Shown: positions 11,998 to 25,447, numbered from the stretch's first letter. The stretch: 64,000 bases of DNA from Callorhinchus milii (GCF_018977255.1 NW_024704749.1:12772001-12836000), one strand, 5' to 3'. Notes: generated from the letters alone by a model not told the origin. Made by a program: numbers and translations.

Positions 11998-13444
11998 GAT
12001 GTAAGTTAGTTATTTACCTGTTTAGGTTCAGTGTAAATTCTTACTCACATTGTGCTTTACAATAACCAGTGTTGCTCACACCCATCGGGATCGTTATACT
12101 GTGGTTTGCCAATAGGTGGCGATAGAGCTCATCAAATAATTGGTAACTAGTGATTGACTCCTTCAACATTGAGTGCAGAAAGTCTAAATATTCTATGTTA
12201 TGGCACTTCGCCTTCCGTCTGCTCTCAGGAGATAAGGTCATGTCTCCCAATGTCCTGGCCGACATTCGCCTCATGGCTGTTTCATAGCGTAAATTGACTG
12301 CCGCGGTTTTTCACCCAAACAATACATAGCGTCTGTAAAATCTTGTGAAGCCCACAAAATACACAGTCACTACACAGTATGATTTGTGAAGCACTTTGAG
12401 ACGTCTCGATGACATGATAAGGCATGTATCAAAACGCCAGGTTTATGATTGTTAGAGATAGTGTGGTGAGGAAGTATTGCCAAAGCTGAACCATGGCTCG
12501 ATCCTCTGATTACTGGGAGAGAGTGAGGCCACAAATTGCCAACCCTACACATAGCTTTACTGTTTCTGGTATCAGATATCCTCCTATCAGCACTTGAGCT
12601 TTCAGCCTCAGGCTTTTCTTCCTTTCTTTGTGAAAAACAATCTGATTTGTAATTTACAGGACAGAACTTTGGTGAAAATTTCTTCTAATTCCCCAATGCT
12701 AAAAATAGAGCAAAGCTCCTGAGTGTCTTCTCCTCCAGGGTTCATAGAAAGCGATCTCTGGCAGGAATCCACTAATCAGCAGCTCATACAGAAACCCTGG
12801 GCTGTAGGCTGTATCTAATCCTACACTCTATCAGATATCTATTTACAGCTTTATATTGCCTCCCTCGCTCAAGGTCTATCTCACCACCTTCCACTGGTGG
12901 GGGATGTTGTGGAGGTGGGGAAGGCAGAATGGACCATGGCACAGATGAAGAACAGGGTTTGAAGAACAGCTGAGGGTCGAACAAGACACAGAGGTTCCAT
13001 CTAGAACCTTGGAACATCCTCCAGATGGGTTGTTGTTTTTTACAAACGCCCTACCTCCCCCCCTCCTTCCCTTCTCTGCCAGGACTTGGCTCCTGTTTGA
13101 ATTCTGTCCCTGAATTGATATAAAACATGTTCATTTTTTTTATTGCTGGCCTCAAGTAGCTGCCTGCTTTGGAGAGTTTGTGTAGTCCTGCCAGATAAAC
13201 ATCCAGAGAGACACGGATATAAGACAAAGGCACTACCTTCCTTTCAGCTAAACTGGGAAAAAACGTCTCCCAGTCCAGTAACTACCACAGCTTGGGAGTA
13301 TGTTCAGTGTGGAGCCGCAGTGCTCAGACATGAACACTCATCTCTGTTTTAGTTTTAGCTTGTGTGAGAGATGCTTCTGACCTCCCAGCAACACAATGGT
13401 AAAAATTCAACAAGCCCACAGTATACATATGTTAATGTAATACT

Positions 13445-13794
13445 AATAATAATCCTTGAATTTAACACCTTATCACGGCTCAAAGCACTTCGCAGGATAC
13501 ACTGCAAAGTGAATTGACTGCATTTTGTGGAGGAAACCCAGCAGTTAATTTTGCACAGCAACGTCCCACAAACAGTCATGGATTGACCGTCCAATTTATT
13601 TGTTTTTAATTTTGAAGGGATTATTACCCTCAGAAAGTGATCCACCAATCGACTAACAACCGGGTTCCTACTTACTGTTGGTAAACAGGTGTGTGCAGAA
13701 GGAAAGTTGCCTATGGTTTTGCACTGCCTGGGAATTGAATCCAGGTCCTATTTCTTGTCAGGCGAGCGCTCTAACCACTGAGCTACAGGACTCA
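13445..13794 (-). mobile_element. tRNA-derived SINE copy
   Basis: CTAACCACTGAGCTACAGGACTC head near 13770-13794 plus family body and tail. Confidence 0.8.
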
Positions 13795-16604
13795 ACAATC
13801 TGTTTGTTGTGTTCCTTGCCATCTCTCATTGCTGAGATTGGGATGTGAGCAGTTACAACAAAGTATTTGTTATTGACGTTCGGATAAGACGTTTGTGCAA
13901 CCAAGCTCCCCCATCTGTGTCCTACCAAATGAGTGTTCAAGATCTTCACAGCGCTATTGGGAAAGAGAAACAAGTTTCTTTCTCACAGTGTCCTGGCCAA
14001 CAATCCCCCAGATAAAACTGGGGGAGTTGGCTGCCACGTTTTGCCCACAAAATGCACAGTCACTACACTTTACAGTTTATTTTGTGAAGCATTTTGAGAC
14101 GTCTCAAAGACATGATAAGGCACTGTATCAAATACCATGGTTATTGTTATTAAGATGTGAACGGGCAGTAAGCGGAGGATTTGGTTTCTGTTGCATGTCA
14201 TGGCCTGGCTTCCAGAAGCAGTAATGAGAGATGGCAATACACATTCCCACAACATGCTGTGTCAGGTTTAAACATAAACCTCACCTTTCTTTATGCACTA
14301 TTTCTGTGCCACAACTTGGAGTTGGGCACAGTGCCGTTCAGCATTGGGTTTGCCACACCTCACTCACTCCGTGCCACCAGCACTGATAGACACCAATGTG
14401 GGTAACAGTTCATCATCATCATCATCTCCAATGTACATGGGTCCCGTGAACAGCTGACAATCCTCCCGAGGAAATAGCTCGGCACCTCATGGCTATTTCT
14501 GGGACGTCGCTGGGTACCAATTGGCTGCCGCGGTCACCTACAGTCACTACACCTGACAGCATCTGCTTGTGAAACAATGAGACGTTTCATAATAATAATA
14601 ATATCTACATTTGATCCACCGCCTTTCACATCGGGAGGATGTGTTGCGCTTTGTATTGTAGTGACTGTATGTTTTGTAGGCAAGCGCGGCAGGCGATTGT
14701 AGGGTTGTGATTGTGAGGATTGTTATCTCACTGTGACTAGTTTGGAGCAATTTGTCTTTCTGTTGCAGAATATTAGAGAGCGAGAGAATTCTGTGGTTCA
14801 TAATCCAGTATTTGTGGGGTTCGACTGTGCTTATGGCCACCTCCCCCGGCTTGGAGTCAGGCTCCAGGACTGATAAGCACTCTGAGACACTACCCCATGT
14901 GGAGAGCTCGATATGTGCAAGTTGTTATTTTCAGATGTAAAACCACAGGAAATAGGCACTAGAGAGGGTTTGAGTGTTGACTTCCTCCTCGGAACACTGT
15001 GATAGTGTGGAACCTCTTCACAGTAAGTGATTCTGTGATGTTCTGTTCACACCTCACTCCTCCCTCCCACTTCGCTGGCTCCATCACCAGCTGCATGCCC
15101 CCTTCACACCGCAATGGTCAGCCGTGCTTTAAGCCACTGTTTCAGCCTGAATCTCTTGAGCTCAATCCCTCCATCTTGTCCCCTCTCTATGCGTCTTCAC
15201 ATCAAACCTGAAGACTTTCCTCTTCCACAGTGCCTGCGGTCACCTTCCCCATGCCACTGTTAAGCGCTCTGAGACGCTACCCACATGAAGGGTGCTGAGG
15301 GGGGGCGCAAAACGCGGCAGGCAATTGCACCCAGCAGTATCCAACAAACAGTGGTGGCTTGAGTGACCACAGTATTATTATTTTTTCCCACCTCTTCTCA
15401 GGCTCCCATTTTTCCTGTTCCACAGCATCTCTGCACATTCCCATTCTGGCCCCACACAAAAACAACAACAACTTGCACTTATATCGCGCCCTCCACGCAG
15501 GGTAGTGTCTCAGGACCCTGAGCACACCTCACACTCACACCTCATACCTCCCGTTGGTTGGGTATTGTGATAACGCAGTGTATTGGGACCTCCTCCCGAC
15601 ATAAGAGGCACTGTACTAAACCTGTCATGTTAACATGGCCTCCAGCCCCTGTCTACAGTCTGAACTCCACTTACACCTGGCCTTGCTGCAGGCAATGAGG
15701 TGTGTAGTTACAGCCAGACAGACAGGCGCACTGCCAATACACAAGGTGAGCTTCACACCCATTGTTCCTCCTTTTAAAACTGAGACATCTCCACACACAC
15801 TCACCGGCTTGAACACCCACACACTGACCAACACACACAATTGACAGCTGTTTACTGGGAGTCAGGCTGCTGGACTCGCCCACTGTCTGTGATCATTGAT
15901 AAGCTCTTGTTAATGACTTTCTCACTGGCATCTGGTGCAAGGAATTGTTCAGGACAAAAACAGGAAAATGTTCTTCCTTTTGTCCCTCTGATCTCCTGCC
16001 ACTCCATGTCCCAGTGTGTGATACTGATTTGGCACAGGGCCTTTCACGTGGGATTCAATGCATTTCACAGGATTCACTGTAAACTGTAGTGACTGTGTGA
16101 GTGTCCCACTGACAGCTGTGACGTGAACAACCCATTCCATCTGATCGTAGGTCAGAATCACAGCCCTGAGGGCAACAGGGCATCAGTGAGAGACAGACAG
16201 TCAGAGCCGCGTGGGGCGGGGGGCTGTCAGGGTCACAGAGCAGTGGCCCCGGACCCCCACCCCACCCGCCGCTACCCACTGCTGTGCACAATTGGCAGCC
16301 ATGTTTCGCTCACAAACACACAGTCACTATACTTTACAGTATATCTTGTGAAGTGCTTTGAGACATCTTGAAGACGTGATTTTACTAATACAGTCACTAC
16401 ACTTTACCCTAGAGACTGTGCAGAAGTCTGCGACGTCTCTACGAGGTATTAAAGTGATATATCAAATCCAAGGATTATTACTATTATATTATTGTTATCA
16501 ATATTATATTCAGCTGCTGTGTTAACAGCCGATCGAGCAGTTATGTAATATGTCAGAATTCAGGACGCCCACGAGCCATGCTGTGAGATGTAGCCTAGGG
16601 TGAA

Positions 16605-17005
16605 CAACAACAACATTTATAGAGTGTCTTGCACTTTGGGAGGACGTCCCGAGGCGCTGGACAGTCAGGGGTCAGGACCCGAGCATGGGGGAGGGATGGG
16701 GTAGGGGTGAGGGAAGGCAAAGAGGTGGGAGGGCGACCGAAGGTACAATCGAAGAGAAGGGTCTTGAGACCGGCTTTGAAGGAGGCGAGGGAGGAAGCGA
16801 GACGAAGGAACTGTGGGATGGAGTTCCAGAGTGTGGGGGCAGAGAGGCTGAAAGCCCGGCCACTGATGGTAGGGCGGGTCGGGCGGGAGCCATGGAGCAG
16901 GCCGAACGGAGGGAGCGAGCAGGTTGGTTGGGAGTCAGCAAGTCAGAGAGGTAGGACGGGACAAGGCCATGGATGGCCTTGAAAGTGAGGACGAGGATTG
17001 CACTT
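16605..17005 (-). mobile_element. L2 LINE 3' fragment
   Basis: Minus strand encodes LWNSIP...SFKAGLKTLLF-type L2 C-terminus and ends in a (TTG)n tail. Confidence 0.75.
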
Positions 17006-17289
17006 GAGGGGAAATGGCCAAGGATTGGAGAGAGATCAGAAACACAGAACTTTCACAGCTAGTTCCTAATCTGGGGATACTTGCTTCTGGCACGTCCAAA
17101 ACAATGGCCCAGAGCACAGCCAAATGGCCTTGGAGGAGTCTGATAGGCTCCAAGGTGGGCAATCGCTGGGGTCCCTCAGCAAATAGTCACAAACAGCACA
17201 AACTGATTAGCAGGGAAACAGATGGTATCTGAGATTTCTTGCTTTCCTAATGGGATCAGGAACTGCTTTTACCAGTTTTGACTTTGCCG

Positions 17290-17558
17290 CTTCCTCCCTT
17301 TCCTCCTTCAAAGCCGGTCTCAAGACCTTTCTCTTTGACCGTACCTTCAGCTCCTCTCTCGAATCTCTACCCCCTCCTCACTCCCTCCCTTCCCTCCCCT
17401 CACCCTGACCATTTCCCCCCTCCTCGCTCCCTCCCTTCCCTCCCCTCACTCTGACCATTTCCCCCCAATGCTCGGGTACTGACCTAACTGTACAGCGCCT
17501 TGGGACGTCCTCCCGACGTGAAAGGCGCTCAATAAATGGAATCTTCTTGTTGTTGTTG
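17290..17558 (+). mobile_element. Short L2 3'-end element with internal ~49 bp tandem unit; inverted sister at 20105-20370
   Basis: SFKAGLKTFLF relic and tail AAAGGCGCTCAATAAATGGAATCTT(GTT)n. Confidence 0.75.
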
Positions 17559-18992
17559 GAAATGAGTGGGCAGATTGTCTCTGCAGTGAGCCATAGCTCC
17601 CAAAGGCAGATTTACTTCACACTTCTTCAAAATACTTACATTAATACAGTTAACCTCACAGAGCACTCGCCTTGCAAGGGTTCTATTCCCGGGCAGGTCA
17701 GGGCAAAACCTTAGGCAAGTTTCCTTACTCCACAGACCTTCTGTTTACCGAGCTATATAAAATGCAAGGATTATTATTATTAGTAGTAATAGTATTATCA
17801 TTATAAGTCATATCAGTTGGGACCATAGATTTAATATGACATATTCAAAGTATGAGTTATGTCAAACTTGCTACGAATATAAACTCTTCAATAGGACCTG
17901 GGCAGATGTACGACTTACAGAGGGTTTTGTACAGAGCAGACTCATTAGAGCTTTACAGTCACTACACTTTACTGTATATTATTATTGTTATTACTGTACA
18001 ACCTTCTGTGGCCTTCGCTGGTTCACATGTCTCAAGGCAGACAATCTTTCAACCCCCCCGCACCCCGATTTCCTCCCAACCTGAAATCCTGCACTTGGGA
18101 CGCTATAATAATAATATTATAATAATATAATAATATAAATATAATACCATAACAATATGATTATATCATTATATCATAATAAAATAATTATAATAATATA
18201 ATCCCTGCATTTGATATAGCGCCGTATCTTGTCACCGAGACGTCTCAAAGCGCTTCACAGAAGATACTGTAAAGTGGAGTGACATGTATTTTGTGGGTGA
18301 AATAATATATAAATGCAAGTTGTTGTTATTGTTGTTGAGAAAGATTCATTTGTGGAACACTCTCCATCAATCCTTCCGCCTTGAGCCCTCTCTCCCCTTT
18401 TTCATGTCCTGCCTGAAAACCTTCCTTTTTGACCATGCCTATGGTCACCTCTCCCGCCACTGTTAAGCGCTCTGAGACGCTACCCTGCGTGGAGGGCACT
18501 ATATATGTGCAAGTGGTTATTGTGTAAACGTGAGCTGTATTGTAACCACAACCTGACGTCTGGTCCCCTTTGTGTGAAATAATTCCTACTTTATTCCTCA
18601 AATCTCTAACCCCTTTGCCTGTGAGACTATTGGGACATTCCCTATACACACACACACATCCTGCACCTCATTAATGTCCCCTTGGTGGGGGGGGGGGGGC
18701 GGGGAGAAAGCTTACTCACTGTGCCAGTGACTCCAGGATCCCTGATTGCTGCGTTGGGCATTCCAAGAAAATCAACCTCATATGTCTCTCCTTGATCAGG
18801 GACTTACCAATCCACATTCTTTCCAATTAAACCACAATGTTGGAATTTCCAGAATATGGTTACAGCTTTTCTTGCTTTGTGCCAAACACCCCCTTTACGA
18901 GGTCAGCCCTTCAACTCACAGGGTCCAGGCTGACCTCGTAAAGTACAGTACAGTATTGGGGGAGCGCGACGGTAAATCAAGGTTCTGTCTGT

Positions 18993-19360
18993 GTGGAATC
19001 CTGTAGCGTAGTGGTTAGAGCACACGCTTCGCAAGCGAGAGGACCTGGGTTGGATTCCCAGACAGAGCGAAACTGTAGGCAAGTTTCCTTACTCTACACA
19101 CCTGTGTTTAGCTAGCAGTAAGTAGCAACCCGCTTGGTAGTCGATTCGAGGATCATTTTCTGGGGCTAATAATCCTTTCCAAATAAATAATAATAGTTTT
19201 GTCACTCAATCCACGACTGTTTGTGGGACGCTGCTGTGGCTACTGCGTTTCACCCACAAAATATACAGTCAATTGACTTTACACTATATTCTGTGAAGCA
19301 CTTTGAGACATCTCAACAACATAATAAGGAGCTATATCAAATGCAAGGATTATTATTATT
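18993..19360 (+). mobile_element. tRNA-derived SINE, older full-length copy
   Basis: GTGGAATCCTGTAGCGTAGTGGTTAGAGCAC head through CAAATGCAAGGATTATTATT tail. Confidence 0.8.
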
Positions 19361-20104
19361 ATCCCACGCACTATTGGAAAACAGAAGGGAGTTTCTCTCT
19401 CACTCTCTCGCAGTGTCCTGGCCGACAATCCCCCAAATATAATTGTGACTGTTTGCGGGATGTTGATACACACTTGGGATGTCCTCCCGACGTGAAAGGC
19501 GCTATACAAATGTAATCTTGTTGTTGTATCTTGTTGATTGGCTGCTCCCTTCATCTACAAAACGCAGTCACTTTACAATAAATCTTGTGAAGCGCTTTGA
19601 GATGCCCTCCTGACATGAAAGGGGTCAGGGATTATTATTACAATGAAAGGTTAAACACACGTGCAATCTGAGAGGCATCAGCCAGGGTGCCCTCCCGAAG
19701 GTTAACCCTTCACTGCCCAATGAAACCATATTAGTGGCAATTTCCCTGCATCAAAATCACAGACAGTATAAACAGTGTTTAATGTAAACTAACCTATCCA
19801 AGTGTGTGTGTGTGTGTGTGACTGGTGTGTTATTGTGTGTATGTGTGTGGGTGACTGGTGCATGTGTGTGATTGTGACGGTTGTGTTTGTGACTGGCGTG
19901 TGTGTGCTGATGTTATAAGCAGGGCAAGCTTACACAGCTGTTTGTGTTCAGGTCAGTTAATAAGCATCAAAACCCAAAAGGCTATTAAGCAGCTCTGGGT
20001 TACGCAGCGCTGGCCTTTCCCACGATCTTCCCAATCTGCTCCTTATTAGGCTGGGCTCCTGGGAAGCTGCATTGCCACAGTTCTCTCTGGCGCTGTTTAC
20101 TGGA

Positions 20105-20370
20105 ACAACAACAACAACAAGATTCCATTTATAAAGCGCCTTTCACGTCAGGAGGACGTCCCAAGGCGCTGCACAGTTGGGTCATGACCCGAGCATTGGG
20201 GGGAAATGGTCAGGGTGAGGGGAGGGAAGGGAGGGAGCGAGGAGGGGGGAAATGGTCAGGGTGAGGGGAGGGAAGGGAGGGAGCGAGGAGGGGGGAAATG
20301 GTCAGGGTGAGGGGAGGGAAGGGAGGGAGCGAGGAGGGGGAAGAGAGTCGAGAGGGGAGCTGAAGGCTCG
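20105..20370 (-). mobile_element. Short L2 3'-end element, inverted sister of 17290-17558
   Basis: Reverse complement match, with an extra copy of the internal tandem unit. Confidence 0.75.
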
Positions 20371-20473
20371 CTCAGCTCATCCCCCATGTTATTTGCAGTC
20401 TAGAAACACTGGATATATAGATAACATTCCCCTTGTGCGTTTGCTTTCTATTCTCCAGGATTTGTCTCTGACT

Positions 20474-20805
20474 CACTCGGTAACATTCTCTCTCGCCTCC
20501 GAGTCAGGAGGTTGTGGGTTTGAGCCCCCACGTCGGTGACTTTGAGCTTACAGTCTAGGCTGATGCTCCAATGCATTGCTGCGGAGATGTTGCATTGTCA
20601 GAGGTGCAGTCCTTTGGACAAGACGTTAAACTGAGGTCCCGCCTGTCACTCAGTCCACGACTGTTTGTGGGACGCTGCTGTGCACAATTGGCTGCCGCGT
20701 TTCGCCACAAAATATGGTCACTACACTTTACAGTATATCCTGTGAAGAGCTTTGAGATGTTGAGAAGATGTGATAAAGCACTGTGTAAAATGCAAGGATT
20801 ATTAA
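20474..20805 (+). mobile_element. DeuSINE-type element (tRNA-like head plus Deu domain) joined to the 3' half of the common SINE
   Basis: TGCATTGTCAGAGGTGCAGTCCTTTGGACAAGACGTTAAACTGAGGTCCCGCCTG resembles the Deu-domain core of AmnSINE1/SacSINE1 as recalled. Confidence 0.7.
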
Positions 20806-21524
20806 CATTGAAGTGATTTGGATGAAAGGAGTAATGAGTTACTGCAGCCCAAGCCTCCCTGTGGGATACTGACATGTTGGCTGGATTCTCCCCATCAGTG
20901 TTGGCGACGATGTGTGTTTTGGATCAGGATGTGACTATAACTGATCCCCATTCCAGACACACAGCGATGCTGAGACCCTGACCACAGTATGTGTGTGTGT
21001 TTGTGTGTGTAATCACTGAGTCACTGAAACCCCCATTTAGCCTCTCACAGCCCCTTCACTGGGATGTATCAGAGCACCATCCCTGCCAATAAACATTCCA
21101 GTAACTAAAGTGAAATAAACACTGATTAGAACAGAATGCTGGATGTTAGTAGATTACTCACAATCTCTGGAGAATTATCCGGGGAGTGTGGAGGGATAGT
21201 GTAGAGGGAGTGTGGAGGCAGTATAGAGGGAGTGTGTGATGGCCATACTAAATTCATGGCTGGAGACTGGCGTACGGTGTGAAATCGAGTGGGAGCAGAG
21301 AGACATAGTGAGCAGCCATCAGTGGGGCCTTACTCCAACCCTTGTTCTGTTTGTTTAATCAAACTGTTGCAGCTCCAAGCCTTTCAGTCAGAGAGAAAGC
21401 AGTCTGAACTTGCCCCTGTCCCTGTGTAATTATAACCTGACAGCCTGTCATAGTAAAACACTAATACATTCATTGCAGTGTGTGTCTGGGGTAAGCCTGT
21501 GGAGGATCTGTGGCAGCACGGTTA

Positions 21525-21900
21525 CAACAACAACTTGTATTTATATAGCACCCTTCAGGTGGGTTGGCGTCGCGGAGCACTTGACATTGGCGGAGTCTGA
21601 CCCTGAGCCGGGGGGAAAGAGAGGTGGGAGGTGACCGTAAGCACAATCAAAAAGGAAGGTCATTAGGCGGGATATGAAGGTGGGGAGGAAGGGGGCAAGG
21701 CGGAGGGATTGAGGGAGAGAATTCCAGAGTTTCGAGGTGTAGTGGCTGAAGGCACAGCCGATGGCGGAGTGGAGGGGCCGAGGGGTGAATAGGAGGCCAG
21801 AGCCAGCCGAGCGGAGGCAGCAGGTGGTGGAGTGGGGCGTGAGCAGTTAGGGAGGTGCCAGGGCATGAAGGGATTTGAAAACAAGCGAGAGGATCTTGAA
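21525..21900 (-). mobile_element. L2 LINE 3' fragment
   Basis: Same L2 C-terminal motifs and (TTG)n tail as other copies. Confidence 0.7.
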
Positions 21901-22175
21901 ACCGGCCCACACACCTCCTCCCCCTACCCAGCCCCCACACACGTGCCCTCTTGTCCTGCTGCGTTTGCACAACTGAAGATCTTGCCTTGGCTTTACCTCT
22001 GCACTACCTCTCTATATCAGCTCCACCTCATTTTCATTCCACTAAATATTTTCTGAAATCAGAACATAACATGTTCTTTCATATCAGCGTTTAACAAGAC
22101 AAGCCAGAACGCTGCAACACGAACCCAGTCACTGAGAAACAGCAATGAGCTTTCATCTCCTCTGGTTGGCGATTA

Positions 22176-22517
22176 AATAATAATAATAACAATCCTTGCA
22201 TTTGACACAGCGCCTTATCACATCTTTGAGATGTCTCAATGCGCTTCTTAGAATATACTGTAAGTGTGGTGACCGTATATATTTTGGCGCGAAATGCACA
22301 TAGGAGTGTCCCACAAACTCTTGTGATTTCAGTGACCACATTTTTTTAAAAAGGGATTATTACCCCCGGAAAGCGATCCGCCAATCAATTATCAACTGGG
22401 TTCCTACTTACTACTAGGTAAACAGAGGCGTCTGGAGTAAGGAAACTTGCCCAAAGTTTTGCCCTGCCCGGGAATTGAACCCAGGTCCTCTCGCTTGCGA
22501 GGCGAGTGCTCTAACCA
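22176..22517 (-). mobile_element. tRNA-derived SINE, full length
   Basis: Head, body and tail motifs of the family in reverse orientation. Confidence 0.85.
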
Positions 22518-23762
22518 CTGACCTACAGGATTCCACAAGGCATCATCTCACTCTGAGTGAACATTGCACTCAGATTGCAACTCACTGAGGGTAACAGGTG
22601 ACACACTCACGTACAGGTACCTACACCTGCCCCCCTCAGACACACCACACATACAGGCACCTCACTCCCCCTCTCATACACTCACACGTACACATACAGA
22701 CACCTCAGCCCCCCTCCCCCGCCAAGCCCCAGGTATCTCTTCACCACAACGCGAGGCTGGGGAGGGCTAAGAGGAGGAAAGAGAGGGGTGAGAGAGAGAG
22801 GGAGAAGAAGGGGAATGAGGAGAGGGGGGTAAAGAGAGGAGGAGAGCATTGGAGAGGGGGAGAGAATTAAAGGGTTTATTGTGTATCAAAGATGGCAATC
22901 TCAGTATGTGTGCTGTCAATGTGTAGCTACATGTTGGTGATGGTGGTGTGTTTGAGGTGAGATGCTTGGATGACAGTGCGTTGCTTCAAGAGCGGCTATG
23001 AATATATGTTAATCACAGGCCCTGGGGGTTTAAGTGTATTTGTAAGAGGAAGTGAACTCAGCAATTTACCTTCACTGGCATGATCAACCTTGGGCGGGCC
23101 AAGGCTTCGATCAGCTCAGCTCCTAAAGCCATTAGACAGAGTTTAGCCAAGTTTCCATCACTCCGCATGCCTCTGTGTGCCAGCAGTAAACAGGTCGATT
23201 GGCAGATTGTTTTTTGGTGTTAATAATCCTTCGAAAAATAATTCCATCCACGAGAGTTAGTGGCACACTGCTGTGATCAACTGGCTGCCATGTTTCACCC
23301 ACAAAACTACACTTTATAGCATTTGTATTTGTTGAAAGACACCTTGACCCCACCCCCGAGAAGGGCAAACCCCAGCCACTGACCTCTCCCCTTCCACCTC
23401 TCTCTCCCCCTCCCTGTCCCTCTCCCCCTCCATCTCCCTGTCCCACTCCTGGGGAAGAGGGGCTCTGTGTGAGTGTGTTTGAGTGTCAGCCCTGACCCCA
23501 CCCAGACTGAGCAAAGCAGCCAGTCTGAGCAGCACAGTCACTACGCTCCAGGGTTGCCATCACTGCCCCACTACAAGCTGCCGCGCAGCTTTAAAGCAAC
23601 GTAATTAGTAACGAGGCTGAGATGTTCAGTGTGTGTTGTGCAAGTCTCCTCTTTGGCTCAGATCTTTGGCAAAGTCACACATGGCCACCGGGCATTGTTC
23701 AGCACATTATTCAGACTCTCAATCACTGCCTGGCACAGGCTTCAAGGTGAGGCGGAGGGCAG

Positions 23763-24447
23763 AGTGGGGGGAGGGCTGCGTGTGGGGGGAGGGCTGCGTG
23801 TGGGGGGAGGGCTGCGTGTGGGGAGGGCTGCGTGTGGGGGGAGGGCTGCGTGTGGGGGGGGCTGCGTTTGGGGGGAGGGCTGTGTGTGGGGGGGGCTGCG
23901 TGTGGGGGAGGGCTGCGTTTGGGGGGAGGGCTGTGTGTGGGGGGAGGGCTGTGTTTGAGGTGGGGCTATATGGGGGGGCTGTGTGTGGGGGGGCTGTGTG
24001 TGGGGGGAGGGCTGCGTGTGGGGGGAGGGCTGCGTGTGGGGGGAGGGCTGCGTGTGGGTGGGGCTGTGTGTGGGGGGAGGGCTGCGTGTGGGGGGAGGGC
24101 TGCGTGTGGGGGGAGGGCTGCGTGTGGGGGGAGGGCTGCGTGTGGGGGGAGGGCTGCGTGTGTGGGGGAGGGCTGCGTGTGTGGGGGAGGGCTGCGTGTG
24201 GGTGGGGCTGTGTGTGGGGGGAGGGCTGTGTGTGGGGGGAGGGCTGCGTGTGGGGGAGGGCTGCGTGTGGGTGGGGCTGTGTGTGGGGGGAGGGCTGCGT
24301 GTGGGGGGAGGGCTGCGTGTGGGGGGAGGGCTGCGTGTGGGTGGGGCTGTGTGTGGGGGGAGGGCTGCGTGTGGGGGGAGGGCTGCGTGTGGGGGGGGCT
24401 GCGTGTGGGGGGAGGGCTGTGTGTGGGGGGAGGGTGTGTGGGTGTGG
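23763..24447. repeat. G-rich ~18 bp minisatellite (GGGGGGAGGGCTGCGTGT)n
   Basis: Tandem array visible directly. Confidence 0.95.
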
Positions 24448-24699
24448 CTGACAAACTTTATGGGAGGCACCTGTCTGTGCTGATTGCAGGGAGTGGGAAT
24501 GTCTGGGCTTGTGAGAAGTGGTGAGATTCGGAGGTTAGTTATAAATGTCTGGGACTATTAATAATAATCATAATCACTTCATTAAATACAGACTGTCGCG
24601 TTGGAAGCCATTCCCAAAGCACCTCACAGGGCAAAGTGCTATCACTGTATAGTTCTTTTTGGGTCAGGCAGGAGTCTGACACATGGGAAAACCCATCAC

Positions 24700-24915
24700 C
24701 TGCTTCAGAGTCTCCAAACCAAGCTGAGATTTCCACGTATCCCACCTCACCTACACATGGAAATCCCAGAGATAGATTGTTGGAATGGAATGTTCTCTCT
24801 CTCTTTGGAGGGATACATCCCGCTTACCTCCTTCCGGAAAGTATTAGGCGCAGGTTGGCAAGAGCCAAGGCTTGGGGAGCCCCAGAGTGTGCGTTGGGGT
24901 AACTGCTGGAGTGTG
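24700..24915 (+). repeat. Unclassified ~220 bp dispersed repeat; other copies at 35930-36135 (+) and 45590-45795 (-)
   Basis: Shared ATGGAAATCCCAGAGATAGATTG...GGGGTAACTGCTGGAGT sequence. Confidence 0.8.
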
Positions 24916-25447
24916 ATCTTGAACAAGTCCTAGTGATGAGGAAGTTGTCTCCAAGGAGGAAACACTCAGACACGTTGGGCATCTTGACTTGGCTTGTAAT
25001 CGCCTTTCTATGTGTCTTACTGTAATGCTTTGCTTCCCAAGTCCCGGTTCCCTTTAAACACTCCCTCCGGCCAGTGACATGTCCACAGCCAAACTGGACC
25101 TCACACACTGACAGACATACATACATACATACATACTGACACACACTCGAATACACACACATACAAACTGACACACTGTATGTGACACTCCTTGTGAGTG
25201 TATATCAGTGTGTGAGTGTATATCGGAGTCAGTCAGTGAATGAGAGTCAGTGAGAGAGAGAGGGAGTGAGAGTGTCAGTGAGTGTCAGTGAGAGAGAGTG
25301 AGAGCGTCAGTGAGAGTGTCAGTGAGAGAGAGTGAGAGCGTCAGTGAGAGAGAGGGAGTGAGAGTGAGAGAGTCAGTGAGAGAATCAGATAGAAAGTGAG
25401 TCAGTCGGTCACAGGCAGAGCTGCTCAGATCACCGTCTGCCCTCAGC

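Noticed and set aside
12184-12274. ATG start of the 77-aa ORF MRRMSART
   Set aside because: This part derives from a Deu/SINE relic. Only 12049-12183 is unique sequence.
23503-23528. Small hairpin CAGACTG...CAGTCTG
   Set aside because: Short stem expected by chance, with no ncRNA features.
23629-24524. Gly/Cys/Trp-rich ORFs in several frames
   Set aside because: Stop-free 18-bp minisatellite with no coding evidence.
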